Position numbers and translations under genes: made by a program. DNA of 39,684 nucleotides from a virus. Its lineage: Duplodnaviria; Caudoviricetes. The stretch covers positions 1-39,684 of the IMG/VR virus record IMGVR_UViG_3300032129_000024; one strand, written 5' to 3'. Below, piece by piece: positions 28,810 to 36,608 of this stretch (its first letter is position 1; every line of letters starts with the position of its first letter). Below the pieces are notes generated by a model that worked only from the letters and a program-made list of their open reading frames with translations, ran no database searches and had not been told where the DNA came from.

Positions 28810-28838
28810 TTGCGCCTTACGCGCATTCCTGCCACAAT
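28810..28838 (+). promoter_or_regulatory. Rightward promoter TTGCGC-17-CACAAT flanked by a 13-bp direct repeat
   Basis: CCTTACGCGCATT at 28790-28802 and 28815-28827. Confidence 0.55.
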
Positions 28839-28866
28839 GATACAACGCAACACATTAGGAGCACAC

Positions 28867-29439
28867 GTGAACCGGGAACGACAGCAGCAAATAGACAACT
28901 ATTCGGGGGAGCTAACTGAAGGCAACGGGCACAGCGCGGAAGACATAAAACGGATCATCACGGGGCTTTCTAAGCTGGCCACACTAGAAGAGGCAGCAGT
29001 ATCCCGCATGAAGCCTCACAGCGAGAAGGCAGCGACGGCAGTGAACATCAATAAGGGGGAGAGGGTTATCGCAGCACTATACGAAAGCCTCAGTCTGATA
29101 GAAGACGGGGAATACGAGGCAGCGGGTGAAAGCCTGGGAACGCTGGCAGGCATGGCAGCACCACGGCGGAAGATGCCGGAGTTCACCGAGAAGGAGGATG
29201 ACGTGTGGCCTGCCACTCCACCATCTAAGCCTCAGGCAAGCACGCTCTCCCGCACACGGGCACTCTACGACAAGTGGGAACAGGAAGAGGACGACAGGAA
29301 CAAGCTCCAGGACCCGGACTTCCAGCAGTGGCTGAAGGTCATGGGACACACGGTAGAATATGACTTCGTCCGTGAAGAGGCAGACGTAGTTCCTGCCCGT
29401 CCGGCTCCCGGTCGCAGTAACCGTCCGGAGGACTACTGA
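28867..29439 (+). CDS. Hypothetical protein
   Basis: RBS AGGAG then GTG at 28867; TGATG coupling to the next gene. Confidence 0.75.
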   Translation: MNRERQQQIDNYSGELTEGNGHSAEDIKRIITGLSKLATLEEAAVSRMKPHSEKAATAVNINKGERVIAALYESLSLIEDGEYEAAGESLGTLAGMAAPRRKMPEFTEKEDDVWPATPPSKPQASTLSRTRALYDKWEQEEDDRNKLQDPDFQQWLKVMGHTVEYDFVREEADVVPARPAPGRSNRPEDY

Positions 29440-30314
29440 TGGACTTCACGATGGACGACGTGGTGCACTTCGTAAACGAGCGCCATGCAGCATTCACGGG
29501 CGACACAGTAACCGACCCCATCATCAAGACCCGGAAGTTCACTAACGTCTTCCGCGTGCTGGACCGGGGCAGTCAGTACCTTCTGGAGCTGATGGACCTG
29601 TACGACGATCCGGCAGACCGTATCGCAATCAGCTATTTCTACAGGCAGGTGAACCGCCCAGACACGATGAAGGCGATCATCAGAGCGAACGACGGATACG
29701 CTCCCAACTTCGCGGACATTACCAGCCCCAAGTTCTACGACCGCGTAGTTGCGCCAGTGCTGGCAGCGCGTCCGGGTGAGTTCCTGAACGGGGCTTACAT
29801 TATCCTCATCAAGCCCGGTGACAGCCGTGGCACCTTAGCTAAGATGCGCGAGATGTTCCCAGCAGCAGGGCCACACCTTGCCCATGTGGCCAAGATCCCG
29901 CACCTGGACCTCAGGGTCAGCGGATTGCAGCGGACACCGGGCCTGGGACCGTTTCTGTCTATGCAGATCGCGACCGATATGGGTTATTGTGCAGGCGAGC
30001 CGGATCAGGAGAACGACTTCGTGTTAGCTGGCCCTGGAAGCCGTAAGGGTGTGCAGGCGATCTCGGATAAGAAGCCCGAGGACGTCATCAAGAACTTTCC
30101 TGTAGGAGAGATCCCAGCCCTGCCCGGGAGCAACGGCAGGCCCGCCAGCTGGATGGACATTCAGAACGTCTTCTGCGAGTTCAGCAAGTATGCCCGATAC
30201 GTCCAGAAGGGCAGCACAGCAGGCAAGCCCTACGAACGCCGAGGTAGCTACGACGTACGAATTCCTGACCAGTTTGTAAATAAATCATCTAAGGGGTTGC
30301 GAAGGAAATCATAA
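29439..30314 (+). CDS. 5-hmdU DNA kinase-like protein (aGPT-Pplase1 / HMUDK helical family)
   Basis: FVNERH...DPII...KFTNVFRVLDRGSQ, GAYII, HhH-like PGLGPFLSMQIATD, GPGSRKG, QNVFCEFSKY. Confidence 0.8.
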   Translation: MDFTMDDVVHFVNERHAAFTGDTVTDPIIKTRKFTNVFRVLDRGSQYLLELMDLYDDPADRIAISYFYRQVNRPDTMKAIIRANDGYAPNFADITSPKFYDRVVAPVLAARPGEFLNGAYIILIKPGDSRGTLAKMREMFPAAGPHLAHVAKIPHLDLRVSGLQRTPGLGPFLSMQIATDMGYCAGEPDQENDFVLAGPGSRKGVQAISDKKPEDVIKNFPVGEIPALPGSNGRPASWMDIQNVFCEFSKYARYVQKGSTAGKPYERRGSYDVRIPDQFVNKSSKGLRRKS

Positions 30315-30325
30315 TCACATAAGCT
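30297..30325 (+). promoter_or_regulatory. Promoter TTGCGA-17-TAAGCT with AT-rich upstream element
   Basis: Consensus match; TGTAAATAAAT at 30275. Confidence 0.7.
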
Positions 30326-30364
30326 GATAACATCATCAAGTAAGGCAAACACAGGGAGCACATC

Positions 30365-30640
30365 ATGGCACGCACAGTCCTCATCGGTATCGATGACAAT
30401 CAGGGTTACGCACCGGACCAGATCAGCACAGCGGTCACGCTGGAAGCGCTGCTCGAGTCGGTACAGAACGCCATTGAAGAGTTCGGTGCGGACGCCAAGG
30501 TCGTCCTCTACAACGGCCAGCGCTACGGGGCAGGCTTCGGCCGCTTCCAGGCTTACGGCAGCGACGCAATCATCAGCGACGCTAACCCGGACGAAGACGA
30601 AGACGGCAACGAGTACGACACCAGCGAAGACGGTCTGTAA
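30365..30640 (+). CDS. Small acidic hypothetical protein
   Basis: RBS CAGGGAG; own promoter. Confidence 0.8.
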   Translation: MARTVLIGIDDNQGYAPDQISTAVTLEALLESVQNAIEEFGADAKVVLYNGQRYGAGFGRFQAYGSDAIISDANPDEDEDGNEYDTSEDGL

Positions 30641-30646
30641 ATAAAT

Positions 30647-30691
30647 AGTTGAGGGCTGGGCTTGCGCTTAGCCCTCAACTGACTGTAGTGT
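30647..30691 (+). promoter_or_regulatory. Hairpin (30647-30680) overlapping promoter TTGCGC-18-TAGTGT
   Basis: AGTTGAGGGCTGGGC-TTGC-GCTTAGCCCTCAACT; the -35 box sits in the loop. Confidence 0.65.
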
Positions 30692-30732
30692 TCTAAACAT
30701 CAACCAAGCATCACTAACAGGGAGTCCACCTA

Positions 30733-31461
30733 ATGTCTGAAAAGAAAATCACCCTCATCGCTCAGCTGCTCGCCAAGGCCGAGCAGACCACCCCCGAAGA
30801 GGCAGAAGCCCTCACCGAGCACGCCGAACGCCTCATGGTCAAGTACGGCATTGAACAGGCCGTCATCAATGAGCGTCGTGCCAAGTCGGGCAGCGCTTCT
30901 GAAAAGATTGTTCAGATCAGCATCACGTTCAAGGGCTCCTACCGCTTGGAGCACGTACACATCGGCCACATGGCAGCGAATGGCCTTGGGAACATCAAGT
31001 GCCTGATGAACACCTTCAAGAACAGCACGGCGACGCTCCACCTCATCGGCTTTGAGTCGGACGTGGAACAGGCCAAGGTTCTCATCGCCAGCCTCATCGT
31101 CCAGTCGTCCGTGGCGACCCGTACTTGGTGGAAGGAGAATAAGGGTACCTACAGCATGGACAGCACGTACGATCAGGAGGCAGCCCGTCGCAGCTTCGTC
31201 CGGGGCTTCGGCACCGGAGCCGGTAACCGTATCAGTGAGAGCCGTGCCAAGGTCGTCCAGGAAGCTGGCACGGGCACTGAGCTCGTGCTGGTGAGCCGGG
31301 CAGCCAAGGTCCAGGAGCACTTCGACGGCATGAGCATCGGCCGGAACAAGGGTCGCGGAGGCAAGGGCGACAGCCGTGCAAGTGGGCAGGGCTACAAGGC
31401 AGGGCAGAACGCCAGCACCGGCGAGAAGTCCATGACACAGGGTCGCGGCATCACCGCATGA
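30733..31461 (+). CDS. DUF2786-domain protein
   Basis: KI..LLAKAE..TPEEAEA....AERLMVKYGI N-terminus; RRSFVRGF; GYKAGQ. Confidence 0.85.
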   Translation: MSEKKITLIAQLLAKAEQTTPEEAEALTEHAERLMVKYGIEQAVINERRAKSGSASEKIVQISITFKGSYRLEHVHIGHMAANGLGNIKCLMNTFKNSTATLHLIGFESDVEQAKVLIASLIVQSSVATRTWWKENKGTYSMDSTYDQEAARRSFVRGFGTGAGNRISESRAKVVQEAGTGTELVLVSRAAKVQEHFDGMSIGRNKGRGGKGDSRASGQGYKAGQNASTGEKSMTQGRGITA

Positions 31462-31709
31462 TCCACACGGTAGAGGAGGTCGTCACTCTGGGCGACCTCC
31501 AGGCCCTCTCGGCCACAATTAGCGGCCCAAGGTGGGCATTCTCAGGAAAGCTGGACAGCATGGACGAAATGAACTGGTATGAGATCATGAGCAGGGCACT
31601 CACTAGCATCCGGCACGACTGGCCCGTGACCAAGCTGCAGAAGATGGCCAACGAGGACCACTTCACGGCAGTCAGCGGCGACGTCATCATGGAGTTGCGG
31701 AAACGTTGA
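31458..31709 (+). CDS. Hypothetical protein
   Basis: ATGA overlap with the upstream gene. Confidence 0.7.
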   Translation: MIHTVEEVVTLGDLQALSATISGPRWAFSGKLDSMDEMNWYEIMSRALTSIRHDWPVTKLQKMANEDHFTAVSGDVIMELRKR

Positions 31710-31723
31710 ACATCAGCTAAGCT
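31695..31723 (+). promoter_or_regulatory. Promoter TTGCGG-17-TAAGCT
   Basis: Consensus match upstream of the 31755 ORF. Confidence 0.7.
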
Positions 31724-31754
31724 CATATCAACATCAACTATAAGGAGCAGGGCA

Positions 31755-31904
31755 ATGACCATCACAGAGAAGCGCGAACAGGTAGAGCAGCAGTTGACCG
31801 AGGCCGCTGAGGTCTACAAGTCGGGGCAGACTAACTCCAAGGCAGCACTCGCCAAGGTGAAGCGCCTTGTCCGCCAGAAACTTTCTATGACTGGACTTGC
31901 GTAA
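31755..31904 (+). CDS. 49-aa hypothetical protein, absent from the ORF track
   Basis: MTITEKREQVEQQLTEAAEVYKSGQTNSKAALAKVKRLVRQKLSMTGLA; RBS TAAGGAG and own promoter. Confidence 0.75.
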   Translation: MTITEKREQVEQQLTEAAEVYKSGQTNSKAALAKVKRLVRQKLSMTGLA

Positions 31905-31925
31905 GCCTCAACGTTGAGGTAATGT
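31897..31925 (+). promoter_or_regulatory. Promoter TTGCGT-17-TAATGT with a perfect palindrome in the spacer
   Basis: CCTCAACGTTGAGG at 31906-31919. Confidence 0.75.
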
Positions 31926-31966
31926 TCTAAGTACCAAGCAACATCAACTAACACAGGGAGCACAAC

Positions 31967-32290
31967 ATGGACCTCACAACATTCATCAACGAAGCAATGA
32001 CCGCCAATCCCGTAGAAGCCCGCATCGCTCGCAAGGTCTACAACACCCTCCGCGACGCAGGCGACCCCATCAACGAGGTCTTCGACGGCGAGGAGTTCGT
32101 CAAGGTGGCAACCCAGCGGGAATTCTTGGAGGTCCTGTTCAACCTGGACGAGGTGAAGGCATACACCCTCAGCGGCGGATGGGTCATGTTGATCAACGGC
32201 GAAAGCTGGGACATGATCAGCGACTACACCATTGACCTGGAAGACATGCTGAAGCCGGTCACCGAGTACATCTACAAGCACAGCAACTAA
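31967..32290 (+). CDS. Hypothetical protein
   Basis: RBS CAGGGAG; phage-like codon usage. Confidence 0.8.
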   Translation: MDLTTFINEAMTANPVEARIARKVYNTLRDAGDPINEVFDGEEFVKVATQREFLEVLFNLDEVKAYTLSGGWVMLINGESWDMISDYTIDLEDMLKPVTEYIYKHSN

Positions 32291-32296
32291 CCTGGA

Positions 32297-32318
32297 CGGG
32301 GGGGCTTCGGCCCCTCCG
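32297..32318 (+). terminator. Hairpin terminator with a UUCG loop
   Basis: CGGGGGGGC-TTCG-GCCCCTCCG just after the stop codon. Confidence 0.7.
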
Positions 32319-32325
32319 CTTCAAG

Positions 32326-32354
32326 TTGCATAACCCTGAACGTGAGGCTATACT
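32326..32354 (+). promoter_or_regulatory. Promoter TTGCAT-17-TATACT, leaderless start at 32361
   Basis: Near-consensus -10; ATG 6 nt downstream; no RBS. Confidence 0.8.
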
Positions 32355-32360
32355 GATAAC

Positions 32361-32576
32361 ATGACATCAACACTTCTCACACTTGGCCCGCTCGTCTACT
32401 CGCCCCTGCTGGGCATGGACACCCCGACTTATATCACTGTTCCCGAGGGCCTGACTTTTGACTGGTCCGACGAGGCTGGCATGTATGTCGGCCGCGATGG
32501 CCAGCCCGACGTCTTCCTCTATGTTGAAGGCGAGGTGCTCACACCCGAATCGTACTACGAGCTCATGAAGTCGTAA
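32361..32576 (+). CDS. Hypothetical protein
   Basis: Between a promoter and a terminator. Confidence 0.75.
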   Translation: MTSTLLTLGPLVYSPLLGMDTPTYITVPEGLTFDWSDEAGMYVGRDGQPDVFLYVEGEVLTPESYYELMKS

Positions 32577-32583
32577 CCGACAC

Positions 32584-32616
32584 GGCCACACTTAGCCGAG
32601 CGCGCTAGGTGTGGCC
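32584..32616 (+). terminator. Hairpin, probable terminator
   Basis: GGCCACACTTAGC...GCTAGGTGTGGCC. Confidence 0.6.
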
Positions 32617-32622
32617 TACCCC

Positions 32623-32651
32623 TTGCGGGAAAAAAATCAATGCGCTAAGGT
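32623..32651 (+). promoter_or_regulatory. Promoter TTGCGG-17-TAAGGT for the nucleotide-modification operon
   Basis: Consensus match; A-tract spacer. Confidence 0.65.
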
Positions 32652-32698
32652 TAGTTAGCTGGTGCACTGCACCGGGTAAAATTCAAGGAGAACAAGCA

Positions 32699-33448
32699 AT
32701 GAGCAAGACAGATTCTGAAGATATGGTGCTGGCACTGGCCGACGCCCCGATCGATCCTCGTACCGGGAATAAGGTGCTGTACTCGGCCAGCTGGAAGGCA
32801 ACGAACCACTCCATGATCGGCGAGCTGAACCCTGACTGGGTACGCCGTGAGCTGGACTGGTTCATGTCGGGTAGCAATAAGCTCAGCGACATGGAAGGCC
32901 CGGTCCCCAAGCTGTTCCAGGCTTGCGCTGGTATCGACGGCAAGGTGAACAGTGCCTACGGTCACATCCTGTTCAGCAATGAGCTGAAGTACCCATACCT
33001 CGGCATCCCGCTCTTCGACCGCGTGGTCAACACCTTCGTCAATGAGGGGGCCAGCACTCGGCACGCCGTGGCGATTATCACCGACCGCGATGTTCACCAG
33101 CTTGCAACCTACAACGAGCGCAAGGACTTCATCTGCACGAACGCGCTCAACTTCATGATCGACTCGGACCAGAAGCTGCACATCATTGCACAGATGCGCT
33201 CCATGGACGCCGTGTTCGGCTATCGTGCGGATTACTCCATGTGGGACGCGCTCATGGAGTACCTGCTCGGGAACCTGGAAATGGTCTTCCCCGACCTTAC
33301 CCGTGGCGACATCACTTTCCAGGTCGCTAACCTCCACGTCTACCCTCGTCACTTCGACCTGCTCACCCAGTGGGCCGACAAGATCTACGACGCTCAGGAG
33401 ACCGAGATGCGCGGCATCTGGGCCAAGAACAAGGCGGTCCGTTCATGA
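32699..33448 (+). CDS. Thymidylate-synthase-fold enzyme, dCMP hydroxymethylase (T4 gp42)-like
   Basis: NSAYG, DFICTN (catalytic Cys), MRSMDAVFGYRAD (Asp at the base-specificity position), NLHVYPRHF; RBS AAGGAG before ATG 32699. Confidence 0.85.
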   Translation: MSKTDSEDMVLALADAPIDPRTGNKVLYSASWKATNHSMIGELNPDWVRRELDWFMSGSNKLSDMEGPVPKLFQACAGIDGKVNSAYGHILFSNELKYPYLGIPLFDRVVNTFVNEGASTRHAVAIITDRDVHQLATYNERKDFICTNALNFMIDSDQKLHIIAQMRSMDAVFGYRADYSMWDALMEYLLGNLEMVFPDLTRGDITFQVANLHVYPRHFDLLTQWADKIYDAQETEMRGIWAKNKAVRS

Positions 33449-33744
33449 ATCCCTGGGAACTGCTGCTGGCCGTGCTTGGCTGGGGCCTGCTGGGCGCTGT
33501 GCTGCTCGTGCTGGCGCTCCTGCTGGGTGGCCTGCTGGCCCACGGGGCACGCTGGGCACGCAAGCGGGCACGGGGCAAGCGCCCACAGCCTACAGCGGGG
33601 AGCCAGCCCACGGCAGAGGACGAGTACCTGCTGGAGGCGACCATCATCGGAGTGAGCCTGTACGGCACAAGCCCTAACCCGTCCCTGGAGGCCTTCCGCG
33701 CTGGTGCGCGCTGGGCTTGGGCTTACCGTGGGGTGAAGCCGTGA
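33445..33744 (+). CDS. Membrane protein
   Basis: Long Leu-rich TM segment followed by a basic patch; ATGA and GTGA overlaps. Confidence 0.75.
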   Translation: MNPWELLLAVLGWGLLGAVLLVLALLLGGLLAHGARWARKRARGKRPQPTAGSQPTAEDEYLLEATIIGVSLYGTSPNPSLEAFRAGARWAWAYRGVKP

Positions 33745-34664
33745 GTAACCTTCCACTCTTGATCCCGAGCTACAACCGACCTGACGCTCCTCTGGTCAAA
33801 CTGGCGAGTCAGCTCATGGGTGACGATTACCCGTGGTGGACGTTCGTCCGCAAGAGTCAGGTCCGTGACTACTCGGCCACTGTGCCGAAGGGCCACATCG
33901 TATCCATGCCGGATGCCAAGGTGGGCACACTTGGGGACACGCGGAACTGGATGATGCGCTGGGCCTTGCGTGAGGGCTTTCCTATGGTGTTCGACTGGGA
34001 TGATGATGTGGCCCGGATTGGCCGTAAGCTCCCGGACGGCACACGTCACCAGTCCTGGAAGTCCACCCGTAACGACGACCCGTGGTTTGACGGACCCGGT
34101 TACTGGGAGGAGGCCAGTCGGCTCTCACGTCAGGTCTTCAAGCTCTATCCTGGGACCGTGGTGGGCAGCGTGCAGAACCAGCGCTGGGCCAGCACAGCGA
34201 CGCTCCAGGTGCAGTGCGGGAAGACCCCAAGGCGTACCAAGATCCTGAACGTGCAGCGTCTGGTGGATAATGAGCTATGGTGCCCGCCGGAGTTCCGCTT
34301 CCACGGTGAGGACATCGGCAACCTCGCCTCCTACCTCCAGTATGACTGGCAGGTATTCACGATCTGTAATCTGGTGTATGATTTCGTATCGGAGACGGAC
34401 ATCAACCTGCCGAGCACCTTGCGGAGCCGGGACGAGGAACAGAACCGAGCCATCCACAGCGATGAGTTTGACAGCTTGCAAGGCTATGACATCAAGGACT
34501 ATCTTAGGATCAATAAGTCCTATGATGACGGGTCCTATATGTATGGTGATGTAGACTGGCGCAAGTTCAGGAAGCTCACTGGACAGGTTAGCTACACTCA
34601 CGAGTTCCGTGCTATCATGGACCGTGTGCAACTCCGGGACATCCCGGTATCAATCAAGAACTAG
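33741..34664 (+). CDS. GT-A fold glycosyltransferase (TET-associated/GREB1-like pattern)
   Basis: LLIPSYNR, GDTRNW, FDWDDD (DxD), GEDI. Confidence 0.8.
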   Translation: MSNLPLLIPSYNRPDAPLVKLASQLMGDDYPWWTFVRKSQVRDYSATVPKGHIVSMPDAKVGTLGDTRNWMMRWALREGFPMVFDWDDDVARIGRKLPDGTRHQSWKSTRNDDPWFDGPGYWEEASRLSRQVFKLYPGTVVGSVQNQRWASTATLQVQCGKTPRRTKILNVQRLVDNELWCPPEFRFHGEDIGNLASYLQYDWQVFTICNLVYDFVSETDINLPSTLRSRDEEQNRAIHSDEFDSLQGYDIKDYLRINKSYDDGSYMYGDVDWRKFRKLTGQVSYTHEFRAIMDRVQLRDIPVSIKN

Positions 34665-34672
34665 GAGATCTA

Positions 34673-35260
34673 ATGCTTATCGCGTTTGAAGGCCCCGACA
34701 ATGTGGGCAAGTCCACCAGCGCTATGAACCTAACGCACGACGGCAGGTCCATCTATAATGCGACCATCGCCAACTATCACGAAGCTCGTCAGGACCTGAT
34801 CGATTCGCAGGAGACGGACCTCGTGGTATGCTTTGACCGGATCGACTGGTTCAGTCACATGGTCTACCGGCTGGCCTTGCCAGGCCGGGAGTGGAACGAC
34901 GTGCGACCCCGTACCGTGTTCGCCATGCCGGACACCCACTTGGTCGTCAAGCTGCATCATCCCGACTTGGCTAACTTCACAGCCGACGAGATCGTGGACA
35001 CCCCCATCGCCCAAGTGAACCCGATGTACCGGGACCAAGCGGAGTTCCTGGCCGCGATCAATAAGTCCCGAGGCTACAACCTCTTCAAGACCGTTTCTAT
35101 CATCGAGGTCTTGCACGACCAGCAGACCGGGTCCTACTCCCAGCATCTGGTGATGTTCGACAGCCCCGTCTTCCAGTGGGGTGCAGCAGCGGCCCGAATG
35201 GTGGACAGCGACGAACGCCTGCTAGAGTTGCTCCAGTATGACGAGCAGCAGCGCGTCTGA
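34673..35260 (+). CDS. dNMP (thymidylate-kinase-like) kinase
   Basis: IAFEGPDNVGKST P-loop; FDR...S.MVY. Confidence 0.85.
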   Translation: MLIAFEGPDNVGKSTSAMNLTHDGRSIYNATIANYHEARQDLIDSQETDLVVCFDRIDWFSHMVYRLALPGREWNDVRPRTVFAMPDTHLVVKLHHPDLANFTADEIVDTPIAQVNPMYRDQAEFLAAINKSRGYNLFKTVSIIEVLHDQQTGSYSQHLVMFDSPVFQWGAAAARMVDSDERLLELLQYDEQQRV

Positions 35261-35942
35261 CCTCCACGGGGATCACCTATTCAAGATAGGTGTCCTGTGC
35301 ACTAGGGCGAGCAAGCACTACCCCAAGGCCACACGTACCGAGGCCGAAGCGGAGTTACTACGGTACCGCGATCAGGGCCTAATCATTCAGGAATATGGAA
35401 AGGAGCTAACGATGTCCAAGGCAACTCGTGCTCATGAAGAGCCAGCCACGTTCAGCGGTCAGGGTGTACTGTTCGCAGTGATCGACGACCGCGAGGAAAT
35501 GGGCGCTGGCAAGGTGACCACGGTTAGCGTCATCGCTGACGCCATCGAAGCAGCCCTGGACGCTGGGCACGAGGACAGCGAAAGCATCGCACGATACATC
35601 ACTACCAGCGCATTCCAGCACGTCACCGACAAGCGCGTCCGCTTCAATAGCGTGCTGAAGGCTGGTGACGTGGTGGGTGCCCTTATCACCCAGAAGCTGC
35701 ATAACGCATACAATGAGTTAGCCAAGATGGTTGACGAGGAGGACGACCCTCGCAAGAAGGCCGAGATCAGGTCGGAAGCTACCGGCTTCGCTGAGGCGCT
35801 GAATGTGGTAATAAGCCCGTTCAGCTGCGAAGACGCTGACGACCCCCGACTGGTCAACTGGGACGAGGTTGACCGGATCACAGCAGCGTTCGAAAAGGAG
35901 CAGCGCTTCGTGATCAGAGAACGTAAAGACAAGATCCAATGA
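35238..35942 (+). CDS. Hypothetical protein (alternative start 35412 with RBS AAGGAG)
   Basis: Open frame in the operon; start uncertain. Confidence 0.7.
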   Translation: MTSSSASDLHGDHLFKIGVLCTRASKHYPKATRTEAEAELLRYRDQGLIIQEYGKELTMSKATRAHEEPATFSGQGVLFAVIDDREEMGAGKVTTVSVIADAIEAALDAGHEDSESIARYITTSAFQHVTDKRVRFNSVLKAGDVVGALITQKLHNAYNELAKMVDEEDDPRKKAEIRSEATGFAEALNVVISPFSCEDADDPRLVNWDEVDRITAAFEKEQRFVIRERKDKIQ

Positions 35943-35978
35943 CCCTGTATACTGCACGACCAAGCAAGGAGAACCACA

Positions 35979-36608
35979 ATGAGTGAACGCGACGACATGA
36001 CCGAGCAGGCTTACCACGGACCGGCGATTGTGGCCATGCCCATTGACGCCTACGAAGTCCACCTGAATAAGATGGCTCAGCTGTTCTTTGAGTCGGCCGG
36101 ACTGCCCCTGTATATGTCAGACAAGCCAAACATCGTTTCGGGCTTGCGTGCCGTGTTCTCGGGCAAGGCTGCACCACTGCCGACAGGCACCCTGGAGGAT
36201 CTCGCTCCGAAGGCTCCTGCAGTCCCCAGCGCTCCGGATCACGTCTATTCCGCTGAGCAGGGCTTGGACTACATGCTCGGCCTCCAGCACAAGGTTGAGA
36301 GCGTCTGGGGTCGTAACGTAGACGCGTCCGACCCCGAGGCCGTGAGCAAGTACATCCGGGAGGTTATCCTGTGCACCACGGACGAACTCCATGAGGTACT
36401 GGCCGAGGTGCACTGGAAGCCCTGGAAGGACAGCCGTGGCATCAAGGACCTGAGCAAGTACCGGGGCGAAATGGCCGACGTGCTCCACTTCATCCTGGAC
36501 CTGTACTTGGCAGGTGGCATCACCGGTCGCGAGATCATCGCGGACTACTTGGCCAAGCACCACGAGAACCTCGCACGAAACACGAGCCTCGCGTACCGGG
36601 CCAGCTAG
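35979..36608 (+). CDS. Dimeric dUTPase/dCTPase (MazG-like all-alpha NTP pyrophosphatase)
   Basis: DELHE...WKPWK...EMADVLHF. Confidence 0.85.
   Translation: MSERDDMTEQAYHGPAIVAMPIDAYEVHLNKMAQLFFESAGLPLYMSDKPNIVSGLRAVFSGKAAPLPTGTLEDLAPKAPAVPSAPDHVYSAEQGLDYMLGLQHKVESVWGRNVDASDPEAVSKYIREVILCTTDELHEVLAEVHWKPWKDSRGIKDLSKYRGEMADVLHFILDLYLAGGITGREIIADYLAKHHENLARNTSLAYRAS

Noticed and set aside
28584-28898. 104-aa minus-strand ORF in the divergent region
   Set aside because: Overlaps the promoter and start of the plus-strand gene, has no evident RBS and an atypical composition
32699-33448. Plain thymidylate synthase (thyA)
   Set aside because: It has Asp rather than Asn at the specificity position and gp42-like motifs
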